Below are positions 1 through 8,309 of a stretch of DNA of 64,000 nucleotides, piece by piece; the first letter of the stretch is position 1, and every line of letters starts with the position of its first letter. The DNA is from an uncultured Imperialibacter sp. (lineage in GTDB: Bacteria > Bacteroidota > Bacteroidia > Cytophagales > Cyclobacteriaceae). The notes below the pieces were generated by a model that saw only the letters and a list, made by a program, of their open reading frames with translations, ran no database searches and was not told where the DNA came from. A program made the position numbers and the translations under genes. Where the stretch lies: assembly GCA_965651695.1 (NCBI GenBank), contig CBFGTI010000005.1, positions 2,886-66,885 of the forward strand, written 5' to 3'.

Positions 1-126
1 GTCGGCAACTTCGGCAGGTACGATAGCAAGAGCCTCCGCGACTTTATTTACGAAAGCAATAAAGTGGGCAGAATCAACTTTGTGGCAGATGTGGATGAAG
101 CGAAGAGATGTCTGGCCAAGACCTAG
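1..126 (+). CDS. 3' end of an unidentified CDS (partial, runs off the left window edge)
   Basis: Frame +1 is open from base 1 to TAG at 124-126 (VGNFGRYDSKSLRDFIYESNKVGRINFVADVDEAKRCLAKT*). No family recognised from 41 residues. Confidence 0.35.
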   Translation, partial: VGNFGRYDSKSLRDFIYESNKVGRINFVADVDEAKRCLAKT

Positions 127-230
127 CCCTCCAACTCTTCGGCCGCTTCCCTCCTGAAACAAGCCAAATATGAAGTACGGGATTCTACCTTTTTGCGCTG
201 AAGACTGTATCTTAACCTCCTCTTTTGGGT

Positions 231-1301
231 ATGGAAAGTTTTGAAGCAATTATTCTTCTGGTAGTGTCGGGGCAGGGAATGCTGCTGAGCATGGGGCTTA
301 TTTCCTCGGTTATCAAAAAGAGCTATTCCAATTTCTTTCTGGGGCTCATTACGCTGGTGGTAACGCTCGAAATGCTGAATGCCTGGGCCACCCACATACA
401 ATACCACAACAGCCCTCGCGCTTTCCCATTCTGGATCTTCGGCTCGTACCTCATACTTCCCCCGGCCTTGCTGTTGTTTTCGCGGGTTAATACGCAGCCT
501 GCCTTTGTACCCAACCGCAAAACTCTTTGGTGGTTTGCACCTGCAGCAGTAGAAATAGTGGTAGAGTTTTCAGCCTTCTACTACTATGTGAGCACTGGTG
601 TCTCTATTAACCTGTTGCAGTACACCGCGTGGTTTGCATTTACGGAGTTGCTGCCTGTGGCTGGTATGGCAGCGGCTGTGGTGGTGTACTGGCTCAACCT
701 GCGGAGAGCGGCCGTGCGCATAAAAGAAACAAACGTGGTCAGCGGTTGGCCGCACCTGGCAAAGCTTTACAGCCTTTTTGGGCTGTTTGTGTTATTTACG
801 CTGCTATGGATACTACAGGTTGCCGGTATCCATGTGTTTTCAATCATTGAAATTGTGCTCTCCGCTTTTCTGTTTGTTCTGGGCTATCTTGGCTACTTTC
901 ATCCTTCATTTTTTGAAGTGCCTCCTCTTTTGAAAGGAAAAAACAGGGAGGAGTTTGCTCAATACAACGACGACGCAGAGCTACAGCGACTACTTGCGCT
1001 TTTTGAAAATGAAAAACTTCACCGCCAGCCGCGGCTTGGGCTCGACGACGTCGCCGGCAAGCTGAAGCTACCTTCTCGCTACGTGTCGGGCCTTGTGAAC
1101 ACCTACCACCGCACCGACTTCCGCAACTTCGTAAACCGCTACCGGGTGAACGACGTAGTTGAGAGGATAAAAGACCCAAGGGAGAGCCACAAAACCCTGC
1201 TGGCGCTGGCAATGGAAGCAGGCTTCAGCTCCAAGTCTTCGTTCAACCAGATATTTAAGACCGTTACCGGGCAGAAGCCTTCCGACTACCTGGTAAAGTG
1301 A
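231..1301 (+). CDS. Membrane-anchored AraC/XylS-family transcriptional regulator
   Basis: ATG at 231 (the track ORF starts at TTG 225). The N-terminal two thirds is hydrophobic with multiple predicted TM helices. The C-terminal ~100 aa is a typical AraC HTH (LGLDDVAGKLKLPSRYVSGLVN ... AGFSSKSSFNQIFKTVTGQKPSDY). Confidence 0.85.
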   Translation: MESFEAIILLVVSGQGMLLSMGLISSVIKKSYSNFFLGLITLVVTLEMLNAWATHIQYHNSPRAFPFWIFGSYLILPPALLLFSRVNTQPAFVPNRKTLWWFAPAAVEIVVEFSAFYYYVSTGVSINLLQYTAWFAFTELLPVAGMAAAVVVYWLNLRRAAVRIKETNVVSGWPHLAKLYSLFGLFVLFTLLWILQVAGIHVFSIIEIVLSAFLFVLGYLGYFHPSFFEVPPLLKGKNREEFAQYNDDAELQRLLALFENEKLHRQPRLGLDDVAGKLKLPSRYVSGLVNTYHRTDFRNFVNRYRVNDVVERIKDPRESHKTLLALAMEAGFSSKSSFNQIFKTVTGQKPSDYLVK

Positions 1302-1398
1302 AATAGGCACAGAAACATGTTTCGGGACGTCCGGAAACATGTTGTGAGGCGACCAAAACCGCGGACACCTTGTTCTTTGACCAAAAAACTGAAAGAAC

Positions 1399-3399
1399 AT
1401 GAGAACATTTTTACTTTTGCTGATAGTTGCCATCAGCCTCCCTTTGCAAAGCCAGGCGCAACTCCCCGCCGAATACGCATCCGGCAAGTTCAGCGTCAGA
1501 TTCAATAAAAATGTCGAACTTCTTGGCTTCGGGTATTTCCTCGTGTTTGAAACGGAAGACATCGAAAGCAAAACCATCACCCTGGGCGATGAGGAAGTAC
1601 TTAAAAAAGACTGGCATAGCTACGGCTACCATTTTTACCGGCAGTACCAGGGGCATGCCCAAAGCGAAAGCTTGCAGCGGGGCATTGCGCTGGCCAATCA
1701 CCTTTGGCTCGACTACCTCATCAGTCTGCTGCTGCAGGTAGACGACTTCCCCAATGCCACACTACCGCCCGATATAGCAGAGCGGGCGTATATCAACTTT
1801 TCGCTGACCGGCAATGCCACCGAAGCCAGGGAAAATGCATCGCTCTTCCTGAGAGCAATGAACGAATTTTACCGGGAGGTGCAGTTCGACACGTACTTTT
1901 CCAATTCGAAAGGCTACTATGTGGCTGCCCTGGAGGAGATAAAAAGCAACCTGCCGGAGGCTTCATTTGTACAACACCTGGAAGATTTTTACGGTAGCTC
2001 ATTCGAAAACTATGTACTCGTTCCCAGCCTCACTATTCCCAAGGGTATGGGCTTTGGCATCAGGCATCAAGAGCAGGTATACAATGTGTTTGGCGCATTC
2101 GATCGCCAGGCGTTTTTGAATGTAGAAAAACCGGATATGGGCTTTGCCAACCGCACCCGCCTGCGAGAGTTGAGCGTGCATGAGTTTGGCCACTCATTTG
2201 TCGGCCCCGCGCTGCAAAGCACACCCGATGAAGCCTTTAGCGCCACCGAGCACCTGTTTGAACCCATACGACAAGCCGTGGACAGCCAGGGTTATATGGA
2301 CTGGCAAACAGCGCTCAACGAGCATTTTGTAAGAGCAGGCGAAATACAGATTGCCCAGGAAACCGCCCCGCCGGCAGATGTGGAAAGGCTGAAAAAGGAA
2401 TACCTCGAAACCCGCCAGTTTATTTACATTCCCCATATTCTGAAGGAGCTCGACGCATACCGAACTTCGGGTAGCTACCCATATAGCGATGCGGTACGCC
2501 GTGGCATGGACGCACTGAAAGCGCTTGCAGCAACAGGCGGCACTACAGAACCTGGGCTCTTCCCTACCAACCCGGCGGATGCACAGTTTCATACTGCGGA
2601 CATCACACGGTTTTGGGAGGTATTCGACAACAGCTATCCGAAGCTTCGGGGCCACGATTTTCAGGCGCACTACGTCGACAAGGGAAGCCCCGGGCTGCGG
2701 GGGTTTATCCCGTACCGGATCGAAAGCGCCAATAAGCTGGTGAAAACGGTGCAGCAAAACCTTGACTACTACTTACAGATAAGGGAAAGCTCCCTGGCCA
2801 TTGATGCGCAAAAAGAGCAGTTTCGGCAAGGCTTCTACCGGCTGAAGGAGCTATACCCAGAGGCGGTGTTTCCCGATGTGTACTTTGTAATTGGCAGAAG
2901 AAACTCCGGCGGCACCATCTTCGAAGGCGGCTTGGTTATCGGCGCTGAAAGGTTTGGCACACCCAACGCGGACTTCAAGCCCGATATTGATATAGCCCGC
3001 CTGCCCAATATAATTGCCCACGAACTGGTGCACTTTCAGCAAAGCTATCCGGAGGGCAACTCGCTGCTCGGTCAGTGTATAAGAGAAGGTGCAGCAGACT
3101 TTGTTTCGGGCCTGGTATACCCAATGGAGGGCCGCAGCACCAACTACGAGTATGGAGAGGCAAATGAGGCTGCACTTTGGGAGGAGTTTGTGCAGCGAAA
3201 AAATGGCAAAGACTGGAGTGGCTGGCTGTACTCCTCTAAAGTCAGCTCACGGCCTGCCGATATCGGCTATTGGATAGGATACAAAATTTGCGAGGCATAT
3301 TACAGCCGAATGGAAGATAAAAACCAAGCGATTCGCGATATACTCAACATTCGCGACTTCGATGAGTTTTTGCAAAAGAGCGGCTATGAAGGGAAGTGA
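1399..3399 (+). CDS. Secreted two-module putative zinc metallopeptidase (DUF4932-like N-half, DUF2268-like C-half)
   Basis: Signal peptide MRTFLLLLIVAISLPLQSQAQ. Two separate HExxH motifs (HEFGHSF mid-protein, HELVHFQ in the C-half). Layout resembles the Bacteroidota DUF4932 and DUF2268 predicted Zn-protease families. Confidence 0.75.
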   Translation: MRTFLLLLIVAISLPLQSQAQLPAEYASGKFSVRFNKNVELLGFGYFLVFETEDIESKTITLGDEEVLKKDWHSYGYHFYRQYQGHAQSESLQRGIALANHLWLDYLISLLLQVDDFPNATLPPDIAERAYINFSLTGNATEARENASLFLRAMNEFYREVQFDTYFSNSKGYYVAALEEIKSNLPEASFVQHLEDFYGSSFENYVLVPSLTIPKGMGFGIRHQEQVYNVFGAFDRQAFLNVEKPDMGFANRTRLRELSVHEFGHSFVGPALQSTPDEAFSATEHLFEPIRQAVDSQGYMDWQTALNEHFVRAGEIQIAQETAPPADVERLKKEYLETRQFIYIPHILKELDAYRTSGSYPYSDAVRRGMDALKALAATGGTTEPGLFPTNPADAQFHTADITRFWEVFDNSYPKLRGHDFQAHYVDKGSPGLRGFIPYRIESANKLVKTVQQNLDYYLQIRESSLAIDAQKEQFRQGFYRLKELYPEAVFPDVYFVIGRRNSGGTIFEGGLVIGAERFGTPNADFKPDIDIARLPNIIAHELVHFQQSYPEGNSLLGQCIREGAADFVSGLVYPMEGRSTNYEYGEANEAALWEEFVQRKNGKDWSGWLYSSKVSSRPADIGYWIGYKICEAYYSRMEDKNQAIRDILNIRDFDEFLQKSGYEGK

Positions 3400-3440
3400 A
3401 GGCTTCCCTGCTTGCCAAGCGTAGCCAGGATGGGGCAGCA

Positions 3441-3486
3441 CCCTAGCCGGGCGCCCCTAGCCGGGCGCCCCTAGCCGGGCGCCCTA
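3441..3486. repeat. Tandem 14-mer CCCTAGCCGGGCGC, 3 copies
   Basis: Read directly: ccctagccgggcgc x3, then a degenerate fourth unit. The same word recurs inside the 350-bp repeats (inverted near 3937-3957, direct near 4281-4297). Confidence 0.9.
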
Positions 3487-3534
3487 ACCTGCAGCTCCAT
3501 CGCCCCGTCAGGGCTTGGCTATGTATACCGCAAT

Positions 3535-4318
3535 GCGTCTCGCTTGCTTTCGCTGCAATGCGTAGCCCTTACAGACTACGCAATGCTACACCACCCTTTC
3601 AGGGCTGCCTTTCTGCTAGTGAATTTCTCGTCGCACAACACAAGCTTCCCGGCTGCTTTACAAACAATTTAATCACCGACGCCGCCCTTACCCACCGAAG
3701 CAATTCCACCCGCTCCAGCCCCATCGGGGCAAAACATTGGTAGGCCCGCAGGGCCGGTTTATATAATGGAATCTACATATAATGCCGTAGGTATGACACA
3801 TTCCATACCACAAGCGTCCGCCCGGCAGAATGCCCGGTTGGAAACTTGTGGAGCCCCCTATCAAGCGTCTCGCTTGCTTTCACTGCAGCCCAAATGCGTA
3901 GCCCTTTCAGACTACGCAATGCTACACCACCCTTTCAGGGGCGCCCGGCTAGGGCTGCCTTTCTGCTAGTGAATTTCTCGCCGCACAACCTGGGCTTCCC
4001 GGCAGCTTTACAAACAATTTAATCACCGACGCCGCCCTTACCCACCGAAGCAATTCCACCCGCTCCAGCCCCATCGGGGCAAAACATTGGTAGGCCCGCA
4101 GGGCCGGTTTATATAATGGAATCTACATATAATGCCGTAGGTATGACACATTCCATACCACAAGCGTCCGCCCGGCAGAATGCCCGGTTGGAAACTTGTG
4201 GAGCCCCCTATCAAGCGTCTCGCTTGCTTTCACTGCAGCCCAAATGCGTAGCCCTTCAGACTACGCAGAGCTACGTCACCCCTAGCCGGGCGCCCCTATC
4301 GGGGCTGCCTCTCGGCTA
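3535..4318. repeat. Large non-coding tandem repeat, unit about 330-350 bp, about 2.3 copies
   Basis: Copy 1 is 3535-3864, copy 2 is 3865-4214, and a partial copy 3 is 4215 to about 4318. The track ORFs 3766..3969 and 4116..4319 have identical first 47 aa and sit exactly 350 bp apart. Each unit carries a GCGTAG(N10-11)CTACGC hairpin and a GGCCCGCAGGGCC hairpin. Confidence 0.9.
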
Positions 4319-4512
4319 GTGAATACCTTCCTGCACTTCATGAACGTCTCGGCTACACAAACACCTTAAACCTGTAACCTGCTAGTTAAATTTATTTCCC
4401 GCCGGGGAATTCCTGTTGGCAATTCCGCCTCCCCCTACCATTTGTCCTCTCTTGTTTTTACCTTCAGCCCCCGTAATACCAGGCCCGTATTTGGCCACAT
4501 CCCACTTAATAA

Positions 4513-5631
4513 ATGAAAAACAAAGCAACCATCTGCGTGCAATCGCCCGGACCACGGTCAGGCGCCATTACCCCCATCGATCCCTCCACGGCCAACAAAT
4601 ACATCGGCATGGACGACGTGGTGTACCCCCGCTACTTTAACACCCGCAACCAGGAGGTGATAGTGCAAAAGCTTTGCAAGCTCGAAGCCGCTGAGGATGG
4701 CCTTGTGTTCAGCTCGGGCACGGCCGCCATCTCCTCTACCCTCTTTGCCCTGCTCAACCACGGCGACCACATTATCCTGTCGGACGAGATCTATGGCGGC
4801 ACTCACAAGCTGGCCATGGAAGAGTTTACCAAGTTTGGCATAGCGTTCGACTTTGTGCCGGTAAACGACGCTGTCCGCCTGGCAGCGGCGATCCGCAAGC
4901 AAACGAAGGTGATCTATTTCGAAACGCCCTCCAACCCGCTGCAGTCGATTACTGACATCAAAAAGGTGGTAGCTACTGCTAAACAACATGGCATTGTAAC
5001 GGTGGTCGACAACACCTTTGCTACGCCCATCTGCCAAAACCCGATTGCACTGGGTGTAGACGTGGTGGCCCATAGCGGTACTAAGTACCTTGGCGGCCAC
5101 AGCGACCTTAGCTTTGGGGCAGTGGCCACCTCCCGCAAAATAAAGCAGCTCATACACAAGCACTGCACCAACTACGGTGGTGCACTCAACAGCATCGACT
5201 GCTACATTGTGGAGCGTAGCCTGAAAACACTGGCGCTGCGGGTGGAAAAACAGTGCGACAATGCCATGCAGATAGCGGAATATTTGCAGCAGCACCCGGT
5301 CGTTAAAAAAGTGTATTATCCGGGGTTGCCCACCCATCCAGGTCATGCTGTGGCCCGTGAGCAAATGGGCGGCAAGTTTGGGGCGATGCTGTCGTTTGAG
5401 CTGGCGGATGCAGCCCAAACGGCAACCTTCCTGCAGAAGCTGGAGATTATAGAGCCGATGGTAAGCCTCGGCGGTGTGGAGTCTACCATCTGCCAGGCAT
5501 CGGAAACCTCACACAAGAAAATGCCAAGGGCAGAGCGCCTGAAAATAGGTGTGACGGACGAATTGCTGAGGCTGTCGGTGGGGATTGAGGACGCGGGGGA
5601 TTTGATTGCGGACCTGGGAAAAGCTCTTTGA
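4513..5631 (+). CDS. Cys/Met-metabolism PLP-dependent enzyme (cystathionine gamma-synthase/beta- or gamma-lyase family)
   Basis: Full-length family architecture. The PLP-lysine motif is AHSGTKYLGGHSD, and the C-terminal ...LLRLSVGIEDAGDLIADL is typical of the trans-sulfuration family. Confidence 0.9.
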   Translation: MKNKATICVQSPGPRSGAITPIDPSTANKYIGMDDVVYPRYFNTRNQEVIVQKLCKLEAAEDGLVFSSGTAAISSTLFALLNHGDHIILSDEIYGGTHKLAMEEFTKFGIAFDFVPVNDAVRLAAAIRKQTKVIYFETPSNPLQSITDIKKVVATAKQHGIVTVVDNTFATPICQNPIALGVDVVAHSGTKYLGGHSDLSFGAVATSRKIKQLIHKHCTNYGGALNSIDCYIVERSLKTLALRVEKQCDNAMQIAEYLQQHPVVKKVYYPGLPTHPGHAVAREQMGGKFGAMLSFELADAAQTATFLQKLEIIEPMVSLGGVESTICQASETSHKKMPRAERLKIGVTDELLRLSVGIEDAGDLIADLGKAL

Positions 5632-5635
5632 TTGC

Positions 5636-5805
5636 GGATTTCGGATTGGGGATTTCGGATTTGCGGAGACGCTGCAGCAGCGGGCTGGGTGGATTTCGGA
5701 TTTGAAATTTGAGATTTCAGATTGGCTGTTCTCGGTCTTTGCTGCTATAAATTGGCATTACTGGTTCTTTGGATTTCGGATTTTGGAGGGTGGATTTCGG
5801 ATTGA
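5636..5805. repeat. Dispersed/tandem copies of GGATTTCGGATT
   Basis: At least 5 copies or near copies start near 5636, 5650, 5691, 5771 and 5792. There is a degenerate copy at 5711 and another at 6036-6048. Confidence 0.8.
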
Positions 5806-5913
5806 CGGTTTCTCAAGCTTCACTGCGATATACAGCGTCAACTTTTGCGCGGACTAAAGGGTCGGCTACTGAAAAATCTGCGGAAAAGAGCCGAAGTTGC
5901 GGCCTTCGCTATC

Positions 5914-5991
5914 CGTTCCACGACGGCTGCTCCACGAGGGCTGTTCCACGAGGGGGAGACCCGGTTGGAGACCCGGTCGGAGACGCCTCGG
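5914..5991. repeat. Two abutting micro-tandem arrays: 14-mer CTGYTCCACGAGGG x3, then 12-mer GAGACCCGGTYG x3
   Basis: Read directly: ccgttccacgacgg/ctgctccacgaggg/ctgttccacgaggg at 5914-5954, then gagacccggttg/gagacccggtcg/gagacgcctcgg at 5956-5991. Confidence 0.8.
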
Positions 5992-6155
5992 AATGAGTAT
6001 TCGTAGCGAGTTGAGATTTTGTGCTTCGAATTGTAGGTTTCGGATTTGTGGAGCTGCTAACTTACCAGCAAAGCACTACCGGCTTCAGGAAAACAGTGGA
6101 TTTGGCTACTTTAATCTCCACTGCTATGAATCTCCCAGCTACCTTTGCAAACAAA

Positions 6156-6809
6156 ATGATACGTTCCTTCTTTCTATTCCTACTTCCCACCTGCCTACTG
6201 GCGCAGCCCGACCTCAAAAAACCGTTTGGAGACTGTGGTCTTACTGGCAGCATTACTATTTACGACTACAAAAATGAACAATGGATCCGCAGCAATGCCA
6301 CCGACAGCGACATGGCCACATTGCCGGCGTCCACTTTCAAAATCATCAACACGCTGATTGCACTGGAAACAGGTGTGATTGAAGATGAAAGCGTGGTGGT
6401 GCGGTGGCCGAGCAAAACAGACACCACGCTCTACGGTTACCGACCCGACATTTACCACGACATGACTGTAAAGGAGGCATTTGCGGTTTCAGCGGACTGG
6501 GTGTACATAGAGTTGGCGAAGAAAATCGGCAAGGAACCCTATCGGCAGCTTATGGAAACCAGTGGTTACGGAAACGCCGATCTTTCCCAGCCTGCTGACG
6601 ATTTCTGGAACTATGGCGGCTTCGGTGTAACGCCCAATCAACAAGTGCAGTTGCTTATCAACCTCTATGAAGGGAAGCTGCCGTTTACGGAAAGAAGCAT
6701 GGAGATTGTGAAGCGGATGATGATTGCAGAAAGTACGCCCGACTATGTGCTTCGCTCCAAAACCGGCTGGACGATAAGGATGATAATAAATTTGTGGATT
6801 GCGCGATAG
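6156..6809 (+). pseudogene. Class D (OXA-type) beta-lactamase, 3'-truncated
   Basis: Signal peptide from ATG 6156 (MIRSFFLFLLPTCLLAQ). Class D motifs appear in order: PASTFKI (S-x-x-K), YGN, KTGW. Homology stops right after KTGWT and the frame ends 11 codons later, so about 50 C-terminal residues of a normal OXA enzyme are missing. Confidence 0.75.
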
Positions 6810-6927
6810 CAGCCAACGCGGACTTCATCGTGAGCCATGACAAAGACTTCAAATATTACAGAGAATTGATTTTCCGAAAGTGAAGGTGATTGATACAAAA
6901 GAATTCCAAACCATTCTTAAAGGTTAG
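6773..6927 (+). pseudogene. Remnant of the C-terminal third of a PIN-domain toxin gene, itself frameshifted
   Basis: A different frame starting at 6773 reads DKDDNKFVDCAIAANADFIVSHDKDFKYYRELIF. After a 1-nt shift in the run gattttcc it continues PKVKVIDTKEFQTILKG*. This matches the conserved D-x-DD-x-KF...A(D/N)x(I/L)V(T/S)xDKD(L/F) tail of stand-alone PIN toxins. No N-terminal part or antitoxin is present. Confidence 0.6.
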
Positions 6928-6954
6928 AAAATATGTGAGGTCCAGGCAGCAAAA

Positions 6955-7380
6955 TTAAGCCTCCACTCCCACCCTATCCACCCCCCTCTTTATTCCATCC
7001 TTTATCATTTTCCCGAAGCCGTCGTTTGTTAGGAAGCCGGTGTAGCTTTCGGCCAATTTATAGTGTTTGAGGGCACTGTTAAAGTCGGCCAGGTCTTCGT
7101 AGCATTTGGCAATGTTGAGGTAAAGGGAGGGAAAGCTTTGTTTGATGTCTTCATCATCCACCAAAAGGGCGAAAGCCAGCGCCTTCTTATCCCATTCCAA
7201 TTTATCGGTGGTACTTTTTTGATGCCGGGCCAGGTAGTGTGCCGCCACAAACTTTTCCAGGTTGGTAGCGGCTTCTCGCCATGCCTGCAAAAACAGCAAG
7301 CGTGCTTCATCGGGGCTTCCTTCGCAGTCGATGCCCTGTGCGCAAAGCTTGATTACGTGGTTGTTGGGATCGAAAATCAT
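6955..7380 (-). CDS. Conserved hypothetical protein, TPR-like helical
   Basis: Clean 141 aa ORF starting at ATG. The sequence (…FVAAHYLARHQKSTTDKLEWDKKALAFAL…SLYLNIAKCYEDLADFNSALKHYKLA…) resembles a small conserved Bacteroidota family of unknown function. Confidence 0.7.
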   Translation of the reverse strand: MIFDPNNHVIKLCAQGIDCEGSPDEARLLFLQAWREAATNLEKFVAAHYLARHQKSTTDKLEWDKKALAFALLVDDEDIKQSFPSLYLNIAKCYEDLADFNSALKHYKLAESYTGFLTNDGFGKMIKDGIKRGVDRVGVEA

Positions 7381-7502
7381 TCGAGAAATCCTTCCGGATC
7401 AAGTTAACAATGCAGGCACTTGGAGTCAACAGTACGTACTACTGACGGTACATTCGCTTTACAAGGCTGCTTTTGAGGCATGGCCAAATTGTTGCGCCCG
7501 GC

Positions 7503-8309
7503 CTAATCCTCATCTACATCGTAGCTGGCGCCGAGCATAAACATAAACAAGCCGTAAGCGATGGTGCCCACGGCTACCACAATAAACCATACATGCCCTA
7601 TGTGGTCGCCGATAAAATCGAAGGCTTTGTCGGTGTTCACAACGTACCGGGCATCACTCACAATCGCGGCTTTGATGAAAAAAAAGCCAATAATACCCAG
7701 AATAACTGCCCTGGCGGTGTACCCGATCAACCCAAGCAAATGGGTAGCTTGCCTGATTGCAGCGCTAAAATGATCGATATCCAGCCTTTCCCGGTATCCG
7801 CGTCTTATGCCGTAAACCAATTGAACCAGGGCGGTGGCGCTCATTACTGCTCCCACTGCAAAAATTGCCAGCGGCCCCCAGCTTTCGTGGAGCAGGTTTG
7901 CCACCATTTGCCGCTGTGCTTCGGGTTGCCCATTTTGCTGAATGCTCGTGGTGCCCGCCAGCACCTGTATGGCAGTAAAAGCGATAAGCGCATCGGCCAC
8001 AGAGCTCATGGCAATTCCCGTTCTTACGGCTTTGCCCTGCAGGCTTTTTCCATATTCGTAGGGGTCGGTAATGGCCTCGTAAATTCGCCAGGCGATGTAG
8101 CACAGTGTGCCCACCAGAATGATCCAAATCAGGAGTTTTCCAGCCACAAAACCGTTCAGGTAGGCCAGCATGCTGCTTTCGTCGGCACCGCCGTCTTTTA
8201 TTTTCAGAAACGACAAAATTGCAATAGTACCAATGCCCAGGTAAATAAGCCCCGTGGAAATGCAGCCATACACAGGCAGGTAATGAATAAAAAACCGGCG
8301 CCTCTTCAT
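7503..8309 (-). CDS. DUF1206-type integral membrane protein (three repeats of a two-helix unit)
   Basis: Six hydrophobic helices arranged as three similar pairs. The start ATG overlaps the stop of the upstream arginase-family gene by 4 nt (ATGA on the minus strand at 8309-8306). Confidence 0.75.
   Translation of the reverse strand: MKRRRFFIHYLPVYGCISTGLIYLGIGTIAILSFLKIKDGGADESSMLAYLNGFVAGKLLIWIILVGTLCYIAWRIYEAITDPYEYGKSLQGKAVRTGIAMSSVADALIAFTAIQVLAGTTSIQQNGQPEAQRQMVANLLHESWGPLAIFAVGAVMSATALVQLVYGIRRGYRERLDIDHFSAAIRQATHLLGLIGYTARAVILGIIGFFFIKAAIVSDARYVVNTDKAFDFIGDHIGHVWFIVVAVGTIAYGLFMFMLGASYDVDED

Noticed and set aside
3766-4319. Two near-identical 67 aa ORFs (MESTYNAVGMTHSIPQASARQNARLETCG…) that might be a duplicated small protein.
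   Set aside because: They are simply the same frame read through two copies of the 350-bp repeat. Their composition is unlike the other proteins here, their C-termini diverge where the repeat diverges, and no start context or family resemblance is visible. I treat them as non-coding repeat.
4330-4512. SAM or other riboswitch expected upstream of the Cys/Met PLP-enzyme gene.
   Set aside because: I could not find the conserved SAM-I core or a convincing multi-stem junction by eye. Only a covariance-model scan could settle it, so nothing is claimed.
3441-6050. Possibility that the repeat arrays are a CRISPR locus.
   Set aside because: There is no repeat-spacer-repeat structure. The units are either directly abutting 12-15-mers or a 350-bp unit without unique spacers, and no cas genes are nearby.
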